A stretch of DNA of 64,000 nucleotides, from positions 57,598,001 through 57,662,000 of the forward strand of contig NC_042999.1 of the NCBI RefSeq assembly GCF_006345805.1. The letters are read 5' to 3'. The notes under the pieces were generated by a model. It was not told where the DNA came from. It saw nothing but the letters and a program-made list of their open reading frames with translations, and searched no databases. A program made the position numbers and the translations under genes. Below, one piece after another: positions 45,440-59,200 of the stretch (the first letter of the stretch is position 1; each line of letters opens with the position of its first letter). The stretch comes from Octopus sinensis (lineage: Eukaryota).

Positions 45440-47130
45440 TATATATATTTATATATTTTTAGTACATTTCTGTGTATTCGGAAGTCCTGCAGCGATGTGA
45501 ATGTAGTGAACCATGCAGACCTGACGGGTTGGAAGCATGTAGTCAGCGACCTGAACGTAGGCAGCCCATGCTAGATATAAAGTCGTCTCCTTGTCGCCCA
45601 AGACAGCAGTAGGATTCGGTTGCTGCATGGGTGTCTGAGCAGTTCCATTTGGATGGGGCACTGCTCACCCAGAGGCTGGGGAGGTTCTAGAGAAGGCAAA
45701 CAAAAAATTGCCTGTCTTTTCATATCTGGTCAGGTTAGTGCAACTGACGGATGTCCACCCTGCACTTGAAAAACAAAGAGACTTTTATTTACAAAATTTG
45801 GATGGAACTTGAAGATTTCATGTAGGAATGTGCACACTCTGTTGGATAACAAGACTGATTGTAGCCCTGAAAGACGCACTGCACTTGTTGCTCGTGAGTT
45901 GAACCGTTATAACATTGATATAGCTGTACATATAGAAAGTGATGGTCAGCTTGAGGAAGTAGGAAGTGGATACACATTTTCTGGGAAATGGAGGCAGAAG
46001 GTGGAGTGCAGAAAAGATGGTGTTGGCCTTGCAGTTTGATTTCATCCTTAAGAAGTTGGAGGAGCTTCCTGTTCCTATAAATAAACGTCTAATGATACCA
46101 CGATTTCACCTGAAAGGTGGGCGGTTTGCTACTCTACTGAGTGCCTATATAGCTGTGATAAAAATACAAGTATTTTTTATACCCAGCTGAGAGCCATACT
46201 TCTGAAAGTCCCTAATTCTGATCAGGTCGTTCTACTGAGGGATTTCAATACCATGGTTGGAACTGACTGGCAAACATGGAACTCTCTAGGACGTTTTGGA
46301 GTATGAAAATGAGTAGTAATGGTCTCATACTGCTGGAGCTCTGCGATGAACATGAACTTTACATTGCAAGCATTCATTTTATGCACAAAGGTGATCACAC
46401 AACAACGTGGATGCTTCCAAGATCTAAAGTTTGGCACTTGCTGGATTATGTCATTATCCCCAAGCGTGACATTTATGACATTTGTAATATTAAGTCTTTT
46501 CATGGATCGAAATACTGGACTGACCATAGTCTGGTGAGAGCAAACTTCCAGATGGTGATTAGAGTAAAAGAGAAGAGAGGCCAGTCAGCATTTCTCGGCA
46601 TCTGAATGTCCACGAGATATATGATGCTGTGTTGAGGTAAGAGCTTCTGACTTGCATACTGCAGTATGGGAAAACTTTCTGTTGTGCAGCGAAATCTAGC
46701 ACTTGCCCAATATAGCAATGTAAAATCACTACTGCAGCGATCTCTCAGGAAGATGCAGAACACTTGGTGGAAGGATCTTGCTCGTGATGTTCAGGCTGCT
46801 GCTGATGCAAATGACAGCAAGAAGCTTTACCATCTTATGAAGCAAGTTTATGGGCCTAAGAGCCCCACATCAGCTATTTTGCTTTTCAAGGAGTTTTCCA
46901 CTCTATTTACTAAATCAACAGAAATCGCAGGTCGCTGGATCGAACAAGTTTCTGAACTCCTAAACCCATGAGTTAGTTGTGGATGAAACAGTGATGGATA
47001 TTATGCTACAAAGACCTATCATTGGCTCCTTAAATTCCATGCCCTCAATAGATGAGGTAATGAGGTCAATAAGTAAATTGAATCTTGGTAGGATACCTGG
47101 AAATGATGGAATTTGTACTGTATATGTATG
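45440..47130 (+). mobile_element. Decayed RTE-BovB-like LINE, 5' UTR + endonuclease
   Basis: NVHTLLDN...PERRTALVARELNRYNIDIA, DFN..VG, NGLILLELC, TTWMLPRSKVWHLLDYVI, WTDHSLV. Confidence 0.88.
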
Positions 47131-47683
47131 TAGCCATGCAACTGCATATGATTAATGTATATGTATATATTATAGATTGTTTGGTATGTGTATATATTGC
47201 TAAATATATATGTAATCTAGCGTGAAAATATTTTAAATGGATATATCTTTTATTACCAGCATAATACCCCTTCAAAGGTTCAATAGAATTTATTAGTATT
47301 TTCACAGCAAATTATTTACCCTGGGTATTCAGGGTTTTTTCCTTCTTTATAAGCTGTTTTTGATTTAAGGTTTTTCGTCGATTATTATATGATTTTAAAC
47401 CGCAATTTCTTATTTCACTCAACCGGTTATTGAAAAAACCGTTAGTTGAAAGGACCAATGAAACAAAACCATTTTCAAATGTGTATCTATCAAAGTAATT
47501 GTATTTTTGCATATAACTTTATCTTGTGCCATTCTAACCCAAACTGTCCGACAAACGGGAATGTGGAACTGTAATAGATTTTGTGACAAGCCTGTGGATT
47601 TGCTTCCAACACTTTTTTTTTCATTTCAGTTGTCGATAAACAAGTGTTGTGTTATACACTTGGTCTTCAACAACAGGATGTCA

Positions 47684-48115
47684 CTTTGCAATTTATGTGA
47701 ATTGACTTCGTATGATGGAGTTCGCCAACTTGATAATGACAGTGTGGCACTAGATTGTTTTCGTAGACATAGGGTTATTCCCAGTAGTGTAAATTGTCCT
47801 ACATGTAATTCAACTTGCACCTTCCATGAAAGCATAAGCATCTTTCGATGTCGAAAGATTGTTCGCCAGTGTAGACAACGGCCTACGGAATGTGGATATT
47901 CTGTATCCCTCTACCATAACACTTTTTAGAACGCAGCCAATTACCACCATGGAAGGTTCTTTTGTATGTGAACCACTTCCTTACAGAAAGTTGGTCGCAT
48001 AGATCAATTATGGAAAATTTGAAGATTTTATATCCTACCTCGGTTGATTGGAGATATTTCTGTTTGTCAGCATTGGGTAGAGAATCACAAAGATCAGATC
48101 GGTGGGCCAGGAGTC
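47684..48115 (+). pseudogene. Merlin (IS1016/ISXO2-like) transposase N-terminal fragment, frameshifted
   Basis: CPTC...FRC...C..SVSLYHNTF/LERSQL Zn region, DWRYFC, QIGGPG; truncated just before the DDE catalytic residues. Confidence 0.75.
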
Positions 48116-49437
48116 AAGCGCACTTTTTTTCCAATTTGTTTACATCAAGTCATTGTACACCTATTACACTATTTTTTAAATTTTTTATCTGCTCAGGTCA
48201 AACACAAGAGTTTAAAGTTCATGATCTGATGATGTGAATTTTCCGAGTCCCCTCCCCCACCCCCCGTTCGCGAGCGCGCATTTTTTTTCATATTCGTTTA
48301 CTACATGTTGTTGTACACCTATTACACTATTTTCAATTTTTTGTTTCTGCTCGGATCAAACACTAGAGTTTAAGGGTCATGGTCTGACGATGTGAATTTT
48401 CCAAGTCCTTCCCTCCCCCCATTATTTTTATAATTTAACCTAAAAAGCTTATTTTAATGTACCGATCTACGTGGTAAAATTATTAATTATTTAATTTTAC
48501 CCTTTTATAATTAATATTGAAATTATAATTTACTCCCTGATCGAAAACTGCAGTTTCTGCAGGATTGCTCGTAAGATACACGTGGGTATTAAGGATAAAT
48601 ATGTGTTCACATTCGGCTGTAAATTTTTGGAAGTGTTGGTTGGATATTAGTTATGCTCGATCGCATACATATTTAATCCTAGCACTCTCAAATTTATATT
48701 TGAAATGCTGCACTGAAGAGTTAAAATAAGTAAGTAAATATAACTTTACTTTAATCCTGAAACATGTATGTAGCTAATCTGAGTCGAGTGGATCCGTCAT
48801 TTTTTTCTTTTTGTCTACCTAAAAAAGTTTGTTACTGCCTGGGAGATCTTTATGGTAGCAGAAAGGAATTTTAACTCCTATTTCTAAATTTGGTGCGTGG
48901 TGAAGCAATTAGCTGACCCCTAATTATAATTATGTTTATAATTATAGAATATCTGTATAATTTTATCTTTTTATTATTAATATTGAAATTATGAATATAT
49001 ATGTATTTTTTCAATGTGTACAAATAACAAGGAAAAAATAAATTAATAGTTACCAGGGTAGCAAAAATTCACATACGTGCCAAGGATATTACAGCCTACT
49101 TATAAAGGTAGAAATTCCAAGGACAAGTGAAATGTTTTTGAATAACAAATTAAGAAAAGGAGTTAAACGCTTGTTATTCAAACCATTCTAATGGTTTGAA
49201 TAACACCTGCATTTCACTCCATTTCTTAATCTATCTAAATATATATATACATACATACATATTATATAGAAGGCATTACTATATATAAATGCCACACGCT
49301 AGGAGGAGCTCTTAAAGTCAAAACTACCAAAATAAATAAACACATCGTACCGACTGCAACTCTCGAAGCAAGCCATTTAAAAACAGAATTTATCTGCATA
49401 TCACCGTGATTTCATAATTAGTGCAGTAATGCACTTT

Positions 49438-49716
49438 TTAATCCTCAGTGCAGGCATAATTCAAGATAGCGTCTGCTACCCAGGCCACATCAATCTCTGG
49501 CAGAATTCCTTCTATGCTGATTCTTGTTGCTCGTCGTCCTCTGTAAGTTGGTGGAAGCACCACTTCTTCACTCTTGATAGATGTCGCTGTTTGTTTCTTT
49601 GCTCTTGCTGCATCCTTGAGCCTCACCTCCACTACTCCGAACATCGAACCTCTTGCAAGGTACACAATATCTCTCCGTACTGGTCTCAGAGCTTTTTCCA
49701 CCTGGTCTGTCGTCAC
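49438..49716 (-). other. Possible LINE ORF1 (gag-like/RRM) fragment
   Basis: 92-aa open frame with VEVR...LPPTYRGRRATRISIEGILPEID, reminiscent of RRM-type ORF1 proteins; no splice context found. Confidence 0.35.
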
Positions 49717-49749
49717 AATGTCAATTTTTCCTTTACTTGAAAAATAGGT

Positions 49750-50115
49750 TCAGTATATTAATGTTCTTTCCTTAATGCCAAGCCTTTCCTCAAGCTAGGC
49801 CGAAAAGCTGCTGATACAGCTCACAATATCAACAATGCGTTTGGTCCAGGAACCACTAATGAACATACAGCACAAAGGTGGTTCAAGAAATTTCGTAGCG
49901 GTGACGAGTCTTAGAGATGATAAACGTAGTGGTCGGCCATCGCATGTTGACAACTATCAACTAAGAGCCTTAGTCGAAGCCAATCCATGCACAACTGTTC
50001 AAGAGCTTGCTTCTGATTTAGGTGTAATGTATACGACAATTTCCAACCACTTGAAAGAGATTGGAGAAGCAAAAATACTTGAGAAATGGGTGCCGCATGA
50101 ACTGAACAACCAAAA
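49750..50115 (+). pseudogene. Mariner transposase N-terminal (HTH) fragment
   Basis: AQRWFKKFRSGD-SLRDDKRSGRPSHVDN..LRALVEANP..TVQELA...ISNHLKEIG....WVPHEL; truncated by a SINE fragment at ~50140. Confidence 0.88.
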
Positions 50116-51952
50116 AAAAATGCCTTCCCTTCTTTTACAAAACATGCTCAAGGTGCCATGCAGTGGGACTGAACCCGGAACGATGTGGTTGGTAAACAGG
50201 CTACTTACCACACAGTCTCTCCTGTGCTTATATGTGTGTATATGTACATGTGTGCGCATACATTTATATATAGGGAACTACAAGTTCGCACACAATGGGC
50301 TCTTACACAGTTTTACTCTACAAGGCCCAAAGCTGGAACCATGTAGATGTCAAGTGGGGTTTTGATGAAGAATAAACAGAGCTTTACTGAATTTATAGAT
50401 TACTGCTAGACAAAGTGTGTAACAGAAGATTAAATTTTAAAGAGAACGTTGTATACTGAATGTACTTATCTTGGAATAATGAAGAACGTGTAAATTGATA
50501 GTTGCAGCATTGTGCAAACATTATATACTTGTTACATCAAAGAATGATGGAAATTCACAAAGTTATCATTTGAATATTAAATGAAGGTATAGAATATAAT
50601 CAAGTCAAGAAAATCTACAAAAGATTTCAATTAATCAAATACCATTTTAAAATATTATACAGGCACATACATTTTTGACCCTAAATTGAATAACAAATCA
50701 CTAACTGAGAGACACTCATTATAAGTAAGAAAGTGAAAAATGCTAAAATTAAAAATTTTTTTAAACATGGGGAAAGAGAAGAGTTGTATTTTATTGAAAG
50801 TGAAGAGAAAGGCTGAAATGCTCTGTTTTATTTTATTTTTTTTTTGCTATTCTACAAATATAATATATTTATTTAACTTCAGATCGAATGCATGAATGAA
50901 AAAGATGAAATCCCTAAACCATAAGATATTACCAATACTGGGACATTTCTTGGACAGTGAAATATTTTCCGATAATAGTAAATGAAAAAAAATTAAGTAC
51001 TTCTTTCAACAGATAACTTAGCCTTTAGAAAGAAAACAAAGTTCAGCTGCAGGTTTAGAAGATGATAAGAAACAGCAGTTAGCACTGAAATGAAATTGAT
51101 GCAAGTTTCTGCAAATCAGAACTTGCTTATTTCATGGAGCACACACACACACAGAACTAGAAAGATAGTACTAGCAATATTTAAAAGAGAAGCAAGGTTC
51201 ATAAAAGGACAAAACTTTGATTTGTAATTAGACTAGAACAAGTTGTATATGGTTACTGAATTTTAAAAATGTCATTATAGATAAAGTATAAGGTACAAAC
51301 ACGGAAGAATGAATGGGGAAAATAAATAGCTGAAATTGATAAAGAAAGAGACTGAATGGCCTATAATGGTTATAAAATTACTAATACACATAATTTAATT
51401 GAAAATATATAAAAGTTGGTAAAACGTGTTTAATGTAATTGATATTGAAAATATTTGTTATAAATAAGGAGGCCTCAATTTATTGATTAAAGTCATTGAT
51501 AAGCTACAATGATGGAATGATATCGTGGTTTGAAAGATGAGAAATATTGTAAATATTAAAAAGACAATATATTATTGGAAATATAAAAAAGCAAACAAAT
51601 TGAAGACTAAATAAAATAAAGAGAAATATTTTAAAACGTAGATGATAAACAAAAAGAGAAAAATTACTGGAAATAGAATATAATAGAAGGAGGAAAGAGA
51701 GAATAGGGTGAGGTACTGGATGGATGTGCATGGTATGTATGTGTATATACTGTAAATAAGGAAATGTCAGTCCAAAATTAATGCAAAATTTATTTATTAT
51801 ATACATGTAAGATAATAGATTTGAAGACAGAACTATAATACCAAGTTACTGTTATTTAGTTACAGGCTTGCTTTCATTCTGTTGAGTAATTTAATCATTG
51901 CTACCAGTATCAACCACATCAATCTTCTATACAAGTGTCCCACGCTGCAGCA

Positions 51953-52119
51953 TCAGTCAGTCTTTTTGTATGACACACAAGTGTCCACCTTGTGTATTTT
52001 TGTAGTAAAAGAACGCATACGAACTTGGCTTGAATTGGCAATGAACTGTGGGCCAGTTTCACCCCAGCTTTCTGGAGTTTCCAAATCTTTATGAGTGTAG
52101 ACCAATACATCAAAGTTAC
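51953..52119 (-). CDS. MAD2L1: MAD2L1 last exon (C-NFDVLVYTHKDLETPESWGETGPQFIANSSQVRMRSFTTKIHKVDTCVSYKKTD*)
   Basis: 167 bp, tttcag|GT AAC...TGA. Matches the MAD2 safety-belt region FDLLIYTDKD..PEKWEESGPQFI..SEEVRLRSFTT.IHKV. Confidence 0.97.
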
Positions 52120-52899
52120 CTGAAAACAAAAATATGAAGAAGATAGAGTTTTACATAAAAGATACAATACCAAAATGATGGAGTCTACACAAGTAGTGAA
52201 ATATAGAAAATTATCATGCCAGTTGAAATGTTAACATAGATGTTTGAGAGAAATCTAAATACAAGTGTTTTACAGCTGGGGCATAACTCTCCGTTCAAAA
52301 TTTACTGGAGACAATTCAATAAGAGATCCTGAGAGATCCTCAGTACTGTCTTTCAACCAACTAGAAAGAATAATCAAAACTCTCAAAATTGGAAGGAGAT
52401 ATTGGATAAGTGTAATCTAAGATAAACCATGTTTGCAAAGAAGGAATAGTAACGATTCGAACTTATAATTCTGCTGCTAGGTCTGATCTGGGGTTAAACA
52501 ACAGCAACTTCCCTAGATAAGGGAGTGACATCAAACATTTAAATCAAACTCTGCTGTCATCATCTTTACACAAAATGGAATTTATACTAGCTTTATTTAA
52601 GAAATCTAAATTCTTTAACACAAAACAACATCCACTATGCAGGTGCTCAATGGATGGATGGACAGTAGTGGGGGACAAAACAACAGGTAAATTGAAGATT
52701 CTACAAAATTCATGGATGAATGCACGGTGGTCAAACTAATATCAAGAAACTGTGTTCAACAATAATAAACAAGTCAACCAGGTCATAAAAAACATCCCAG
52801 AAAGCAGGGGAACTTTCAAGAATTTTATCTAAACGTCAGTCACACCTCAATATGCTTTCCAGCAAATTAATCTGAGACAATCAAATTAAATACACAAAC

Positions 52900-53620
52900 A
52901 TAAATAGAAATACATATACAGAAGTATATAAAGATAAACCCAAAAATACACACCCACCCACATACATACATACATATGTGAATTCAGTAGTGCTGTGAAA
53001 TTCTTAGATCTGAAAAGAACATGAGATTTTTCAGAAACTCTCATACCATAGTGTTTAAAAACCTTTGTAGCTAACATTGATAATAGAATATCAAATCTCT
53101 CTTCTTCTAAACAAATATCTGAAAAAGCAATGCCCAAGCTAACACTGGCTTCGAAGGTATATTATAACCTTGCAAGTAAATATATGAACCATAAAAATAG
53201 ACCTAGGAAAACAATTTGGTCTCTTGTTTTCTCACTAAATGTCAAAACCAACATAGTCAAGAAATTCCTGCCTCTTTTAGATAAGCATTTCCTAGTAAAC
53301 CACAAATACAGCAAGATTTTTAGCAGATGCTTGACTAAAGTATCATAATGCTGTTATGCCAAAATGAAGAACATTATCACTTGTAAGTATCAACAAGTGG
53401 CTACTCCTAGCAGTAACTATTAAGACCCTGTAGGTTGCCCACTTAACCAGGCATGTGATAAACTGTTGAATATGAGGGCCAAAGTAATAGCAACGCTTCA
53501 ACGTAACCTACAGGATATGTGAAGGCAATTACAAAAGATATTATGCAAACCACCTATCTTCTTTCCAGCACATTGACTAAATTAAAGCCACTAAGTTGGC
53601 TAGCCATGGATGGAGTTTGA
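52900..53620 (+). mobile_element. Decayed Penelope-like fragment (RT thumb to EN linker) in the MAD2L1 intron
   Basis: FS.NVKTNIVKKFLPLLDKHF..NHKYSKIF...KVS..C...KNII...CPLNQ.C, a typical PLE linker. Confidence 0.7.
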
Positions 53621-53959
53621 AGACCAGCTGCACACCACATACAATCAAGCAGAGAATTGTAGAGAAATTCATGCCCTCTGTGACCTGGTGTGGCAGAATC
53701 TACTAAGGTCATGATTGTCTACGGGAGCATATTGGAGAGCATCCAGCACATTGCTAACTGCATCCGCCAAAGCATCAAGTTAACTATAGAATACCCCATT
53801 AGGTACCCTAACAATAAACTCCGTCCTTGACACAGCTTTGGTTGGTGACTGGGAACAGCAGAATGCAGTTCCTCCACTCCTATTACATGGAACCATAGCT
53901 TCTAAATATTTTGTTCACAAGAATTCAGCTTTGTCACACAACATGAAAATCAACATACT

Positions 53960-54720
53960 GATAGCAGACTTAGGATAATGAACAATGCGTCCCCACTATG
54001 CAAACCCTATCAAACAAAGAAACACGTACAGAACTTCATGCACCACATGCAATTCTCTGGACATGTCCCGAAAGATAGGGTTTGGATATACAGGGAAGCT
54101 AGAAAAAAGTTAGATAGCATTATATGCAATGAAACCAGTGGTACCTGCCCTAGATACTGAAATAAAGACTGGAATAAGACAAACAGAGTTTGTGACAAAG
54201 CAAACAGGGTGAATACATGGTACAAGGCTGACAAATATCGAGTGATGTTTGTAGAGACCACAGCCCATGGAGAACTAGCACAAAGATTTAGGTCAGCTCT
54301 GAAGGCGGCCAAATCATTGAAAAGCCTGGAAACTCCATCAGATCACAATTATATATAGAACATACCCCGTTGAGAGTACCACACGCACCAATGAAAACTG
54401 CATGGTATGTAAGATTAACCCTGGCGTTAACTGTAGAACTAGAAATGTAGTCTACAGCATAAGGTGCTTGTAAAGACAAGAACATGACATACATTGGTGA
54501 GGGATCTAGAAGCATTGCAGAGAGACTAAATGAACATTTGAGACAATATGACAACAAAAAACAGTCCTCCATACTCAACCAACATGGAGGCACACTGGGT
54601 CAACTTGACACCTACATTTTAACCAAGCACCTAAAGGACCCAACGCTCTGACAAATACAGGAGTATGTCCTCATAAATGTAACATCCCCAGCACTAAATA
54701 GGAGATATACATAGAAGATA
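53960..54720 (+). mobile_element. Second decayed PLE fragment with GIY-YIG remnant
   Basis: NVVYSI.C...YIGEGSRSIAERLNEH-like segment near 54440-54545. Confidence 0.6.
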
Positions 54721-54924
54721 GTGATACCTCAATACCCACAGTTTATACATACACAGGTAGATTTGTTAGTAGGCTATTACGTAGAAACACGCATATATAC
54801 ATATATATATATGTAGGTAAATGGAAATGTAAGTAAACAAATAAATAGATAGATAGGTACATAGGTAATACGGACAGACAAACATACAAACACGCATATG
54901 TATATGTGTATATATATATTACTC

Positions 54925-55127
54925 TTTTTACTCTTTTACTTGTTTCAGTCATTTGACTGCGGCCATGATGGAGCACCGCCTTTAGTCGAGCAAATAGACC
55001 CCGGGACTTATTCTTTGTAAGCCCAGTACTTATTATATCGGTCTCTTTTGCCGAACCGCTAAGTGACGAGGACGTAAACACACCAGCATCGGTTGTCAAG
55101 CGATGTTGGGGGACAAACACAGACACA

Positions 55128-55166
<39 letters not shown>

Positions 55167-55345
55167 TATATATATACATATATACGACAGGCTTCTTTCA
55201 GTTTCCGTCTACCAAATCCACTCACATGGCATTGGTCGGCCCGGGGCTATAGCAGAAGACACTTGCCCAAGATGCCACGCAGTGGGACTGAACCTGGAAC
55301 CATGTGGTTGATTAGCAAGCTACTTACCACACAGCCACTCCTGCG
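54925..55345 (-). mobile_element. Composite tRNA-derived SINE, full length
   Basis: Reverse complement of the 26130-26525 family. Confidence 0.85.
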
Positions 55346-56598
55346 CCTTATATATATATATATGCATAAACACACATGCGCACAAACAAACAAAAAGAAT
55401 GCAGCTCCGATAAAGGACAAGAAACAATGAAAATTTTAGTAAAAATAAATGAGTAAATGAGTGGAAATTGATCTGGTGAGTGTATTAATGAATAAGTCAT
55501 TAAAACAGAATGACTCTTCCAAGACACAATTATATATATATATTTATTTATATAGATTGATTACATTCAGGACTATGTCAACAATTTGGTGATAAATGCC
55601 TGCCTTCAGCTGTACAAGCCTGGAACATGTGGCACTACTTATTACAAAATATGAAAACAGATGCTACCCGAGAGCAGAAAATATCTCCCTTCAGCATTAA
55701 ATTTATCAAGGGAAGCAGCTCTTTCAGGCTTAATTGCAACATCATAGCAAAATTCCTATTGTAAGTAGGTTAACCCATAGCATGCTGTAGATCTCTCTTC
55801 TCAGTGCAATACAATGTGCCTGCAGCTACAGGGGAGAAAACTTGTACGGCACTATAACACATCAGTTTGCTAAAGGTTAATATAATGCAGATATAAAGTA
55901 ATAAGATACTTTTTACAATAGACACAAGGCCTGAAGCTTGAGGGAGGGGCTTAGTCAATTGCTTCAACACCAGTGTTCAACTAGTGCCTCTTTTGCCCAG
56001 CATGCAAACGATTCTGCCAGCTCACCACCTTCAATAATAATAATAATAATAAAATGATTTCCAATTTTGGCACAAAGCCTTGGAGAAGGGGTAAGTCAAT
56101 TACATTGACCTCCAGTACTCAATTGGTATTTATTTTATTGACCCCCAAAAGGATGAAGGGCAAAACTCAGAACATAAAGGCAGATGAAATGCCGCTAAGC
56201 ATTTTGCCTGGAATGCTAATGATTCTGCCAGGTTGCTGCCTTGGAGGGAGGGAGGGAGCAAGAAGAACTCTACAATATAAAGTGTTGTCAAAAGCAGAAC
56301 ACTGGGAAAGGGTTATCTTTAGAGACATGATCAGAAAGGCTGCAACAGAGTGATCTACATCAAATGGTTAGATAGTGGTGTTAAACTGCCAAGCATATTA
56401 CAGATGCTATCAAAGCAGGAGACTCTATGAGGTTGCTTGACCAACTGATGCAATAATCAGGTCAGATGTATTTACTAAGATACTGTTACAAAGGCTTAAG
56501 TCATTTCTGTAATCATACTAGTTTCAGGTTCCAATATCAGAATGAAAGACATAGTTATTTTTAGAAGAACAGTTAGGTAAATAGAATTGTTTACTTAC

Positions 56599-56702
56599 AG
56601 GGAGTCTCAAGTAGGGGCAGAAATGTCACAGTGGCTGTTATTTGTCGCATCACTGCTCTAATCTCTTCTCGAACTGTCTTTTCGCTCTTTGGAGCAGGAT
56701 TA
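56599..56702 (-). CDS. MAD2L1: MAD2L1 exon 4 (S-NPAPKSEKTVREEIRAVMRQITATVTFLPLLETP-C)
   Basis: 104 bp, ttgcag|T...CCC T|gtaagt. EIRxVxRQITATVTFLPLL HORMA signature. Confidence 0.97.
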
Positions 56703-57271
56703 CTGCAATGAAGGACAACAATTACAACAAACAGAAGGTAATATTAGCTCTTAGTGAATATAATGAGAGTTTAGAGAAGCTGTTGAAGAAGTTCAGAGCT
56801 ATTAGCTCTGTTGATAACAAAGGGTTTCTGCCTTTCTCACAATGCAAAAGGCAGACTATGAAGTGTGTGTATGTGAAAGATATGTGGTGTGACATGGTAT
56901 TGAGGAATTTTGGAGATAGGAGAGAACGAATCAAATATGATCCATGAGCTGAGAAGTGGCTAGGAATTAAGAGCATCAACTGATGTATAAAAGAGAGATG
57001 ATTGTGCTGCAAGGGACAATAGAATGAATGAGGAGTGCTGACAATAAAAATGTCAAGTGCTGATAATGGAAGATGAGAGAGCATCAGGTTTTAAAAAGAT
57101 GAGTTTCACAAAAAAGATGACTAAGACAACAGGCTTTACACTGTGTAAAAGACCCATACCACATGCTAAAATAGATAAGTGGAACTGTCATGCAATGCTA
57201 TGATAAAATTGCATCTCAAAGACTAGGGTTCCTCTCAAAATCTTGACATAATACTTGAACTGCAAAAATAC

Positions 57272-57395
57272 CTGTTTTCTTTAGTGCCTGGACGGTCATC
57301 TTCTACATCAAACTGCCATCGTTCCAAGACTTCATTAGTATCAGCACATCGGATAACAACCACCAATTTCTCTAACATCATATTGGCCAACCATT
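57272..57395 (-). CDS. MAD2L1: MAD2L1 exon 3 (E-WLANMMLEKLVVVIRCADTNEVLERWQFDVEDDRPGTKEN-S)
   Basis: 124 bp, ctgtag|AA TGG...AAC AG|gtattt. KLVVVI...EVLERWQFD motif. Confidence 0.97.
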
Positions 57396-58321
57396 CTACA
57401 GAAGAAGGAAAACAAAATTTAAATTCATCCCTTAATACAAAAAATTGTAGGGTACTGGAGTATAATGTTATTAAAACATGGATATTCTTTTATACTGGAA
57501 CAGAACCTATCATTGTGTTCTAATTTCAGCTTGTTATACTCGTCAATAAAAGACAAGAGTTTACTGGTATTTTAGTAATCTCTGGCAAAATCTGGATTAC
57601 TTTAAAAATAAACTGGTGACAATGTATTGTTACTAGAAATGAAGAGAGAAAAAGGTTCATAGATTTTCATGTAATTTAGATATCATTAACAGACAAGCTC
57701 TAGCCTCTGGTCCATGGGCAAAGTAATATTTCCCCTCAACCTTCAAACATGAACAGCACAATGGCTGGACATGAGTGCATGGACGATTGCAAAAAAACAC
57801 TTACACTTAGTACAGATATTCAGAAAAGGAAACACAAACACACGTATTTGTTTGTTCTTTCGTTTCTATGTATGTATATACATTACAATAGATTTCTTTC
57901 AGTGTCCCTTCTATAAGATCCACTCACAAGGCTTTGGTAGGCCTGAGACTATAATAGAAAGCACTTGCTCTAAAATGCTGTGCAGAAGGATTAAACCTGA
58001 AGCTAAGTGGTTATAGAGAAAATTTCTTCATACAGCCATGCCTGCAATTAAACTGCTCTTCAAAACTATAAAGCCAGAGTACCATGTTTTTTCTGGTGAA
58101 CTATATTACTTAAATTCAAGAAACTCACCTCTAGATAGGAAATGGAATAGCAGGCAGCATTGCAAATTTCAAATTTATTGAAATCCAAAAATAAATTAGA
58201 TAATAATTAAAAAAAAACATAGAGAGCCAGAAACCCTCCTATTCAAAACTATAATGCCAGGTTGAATAATGATGCAAAACAGGAAATTATGATTTCAATG
58301 ATATTCTCATGCAATACATCA

Positions 58322-59200
58322 ATAATAGTGTGTTTGACCACCATCTTTCTGAATTACTTCAAAGACAAGCGATTTCATGCTCCCAATCAACTTCTGCAGC
58401 AGATCAAGTAGAAGCTCTTCCCAGGCCTTCTTTATAGCCATTTTTGAGTTCATCAAGAGATGAATATTGCTTGCCTTCACTGTACACAGCATTCACGAGA
58501 TATCCCCAGGCATTCTCTATAGGATTAAAATCAGGACTTCTAGCTGGTCATGGCATAACTTCAACCTCAATTGCATGGAGGAAATCCAAAGTTACCTTTG
58601 CTTTATGAATAGGAGCATTGTCCGGTTGAAATATGAAGTTCTTGCCCTCTTCCTTCTTCATCAATGACAAGTGGCAGATATTGCTCCCCACACCATAATA
58701 CCTCCTCCACTGTTCTGCCACTTGGAATAAGACTTATAACCATCAGGGCCATCCAAATTCCATTTTTTCTCATCAAAGAACAGAACCCTGGTCCATTCAC
58801 CATCCCACATCTGATGCTGCTGAGCAAACTCCAATCTAGCAGCTTTGTAGGAAAGAGACAATAACAGATGACCTAGCTGCACTTCTTCAGGTGGAAACCA
58901 TGGTTCAAAATCACTCTTCTTACGGTGAATGTCAAAGTTCCTATTCCTTCTGATGCCTTGATTTTGGAAACAGAAAAGTTGCAAGACTTCTTCACAGCTC
59001 TGACAATGGCCCTTTTTATCCCTTTCTGATGAAGCCTTGGGATGTCCACCAGCATGAACCCCGTTGTACCCATCAGGATCTTTCAGAAAATTGTCCACTA
59101 GCATTCTGCTTCGCCGAATTTCCTTGGCAATCTTCTGGTTACTCATCCCTTTTGCTTTCAATGCAATAATCGTCCCTTGTTCAATTTTATATTGGAAATG
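58322..59200 (-). pseudogene. Tc3-like (Tc1/mariner) transposase, decayed, in a MAD2L1 intron
   Basis: ARLEFAQQH, VLFFDEKKWNLDGPDG, GGGIMVWGAIS, C-terminal GGQTHYY*; several frameshifts. Confidence 0.85.

Noticed and set aside
45560-45700. Possible HDV-like ribozyme in the RTE 5' UTR (tccttgtcgccc)
   Set aside because: RTE 5' UTRs can carry HDV-like ribozymes, but I could not assemble the nested double pseudoknot by eye.
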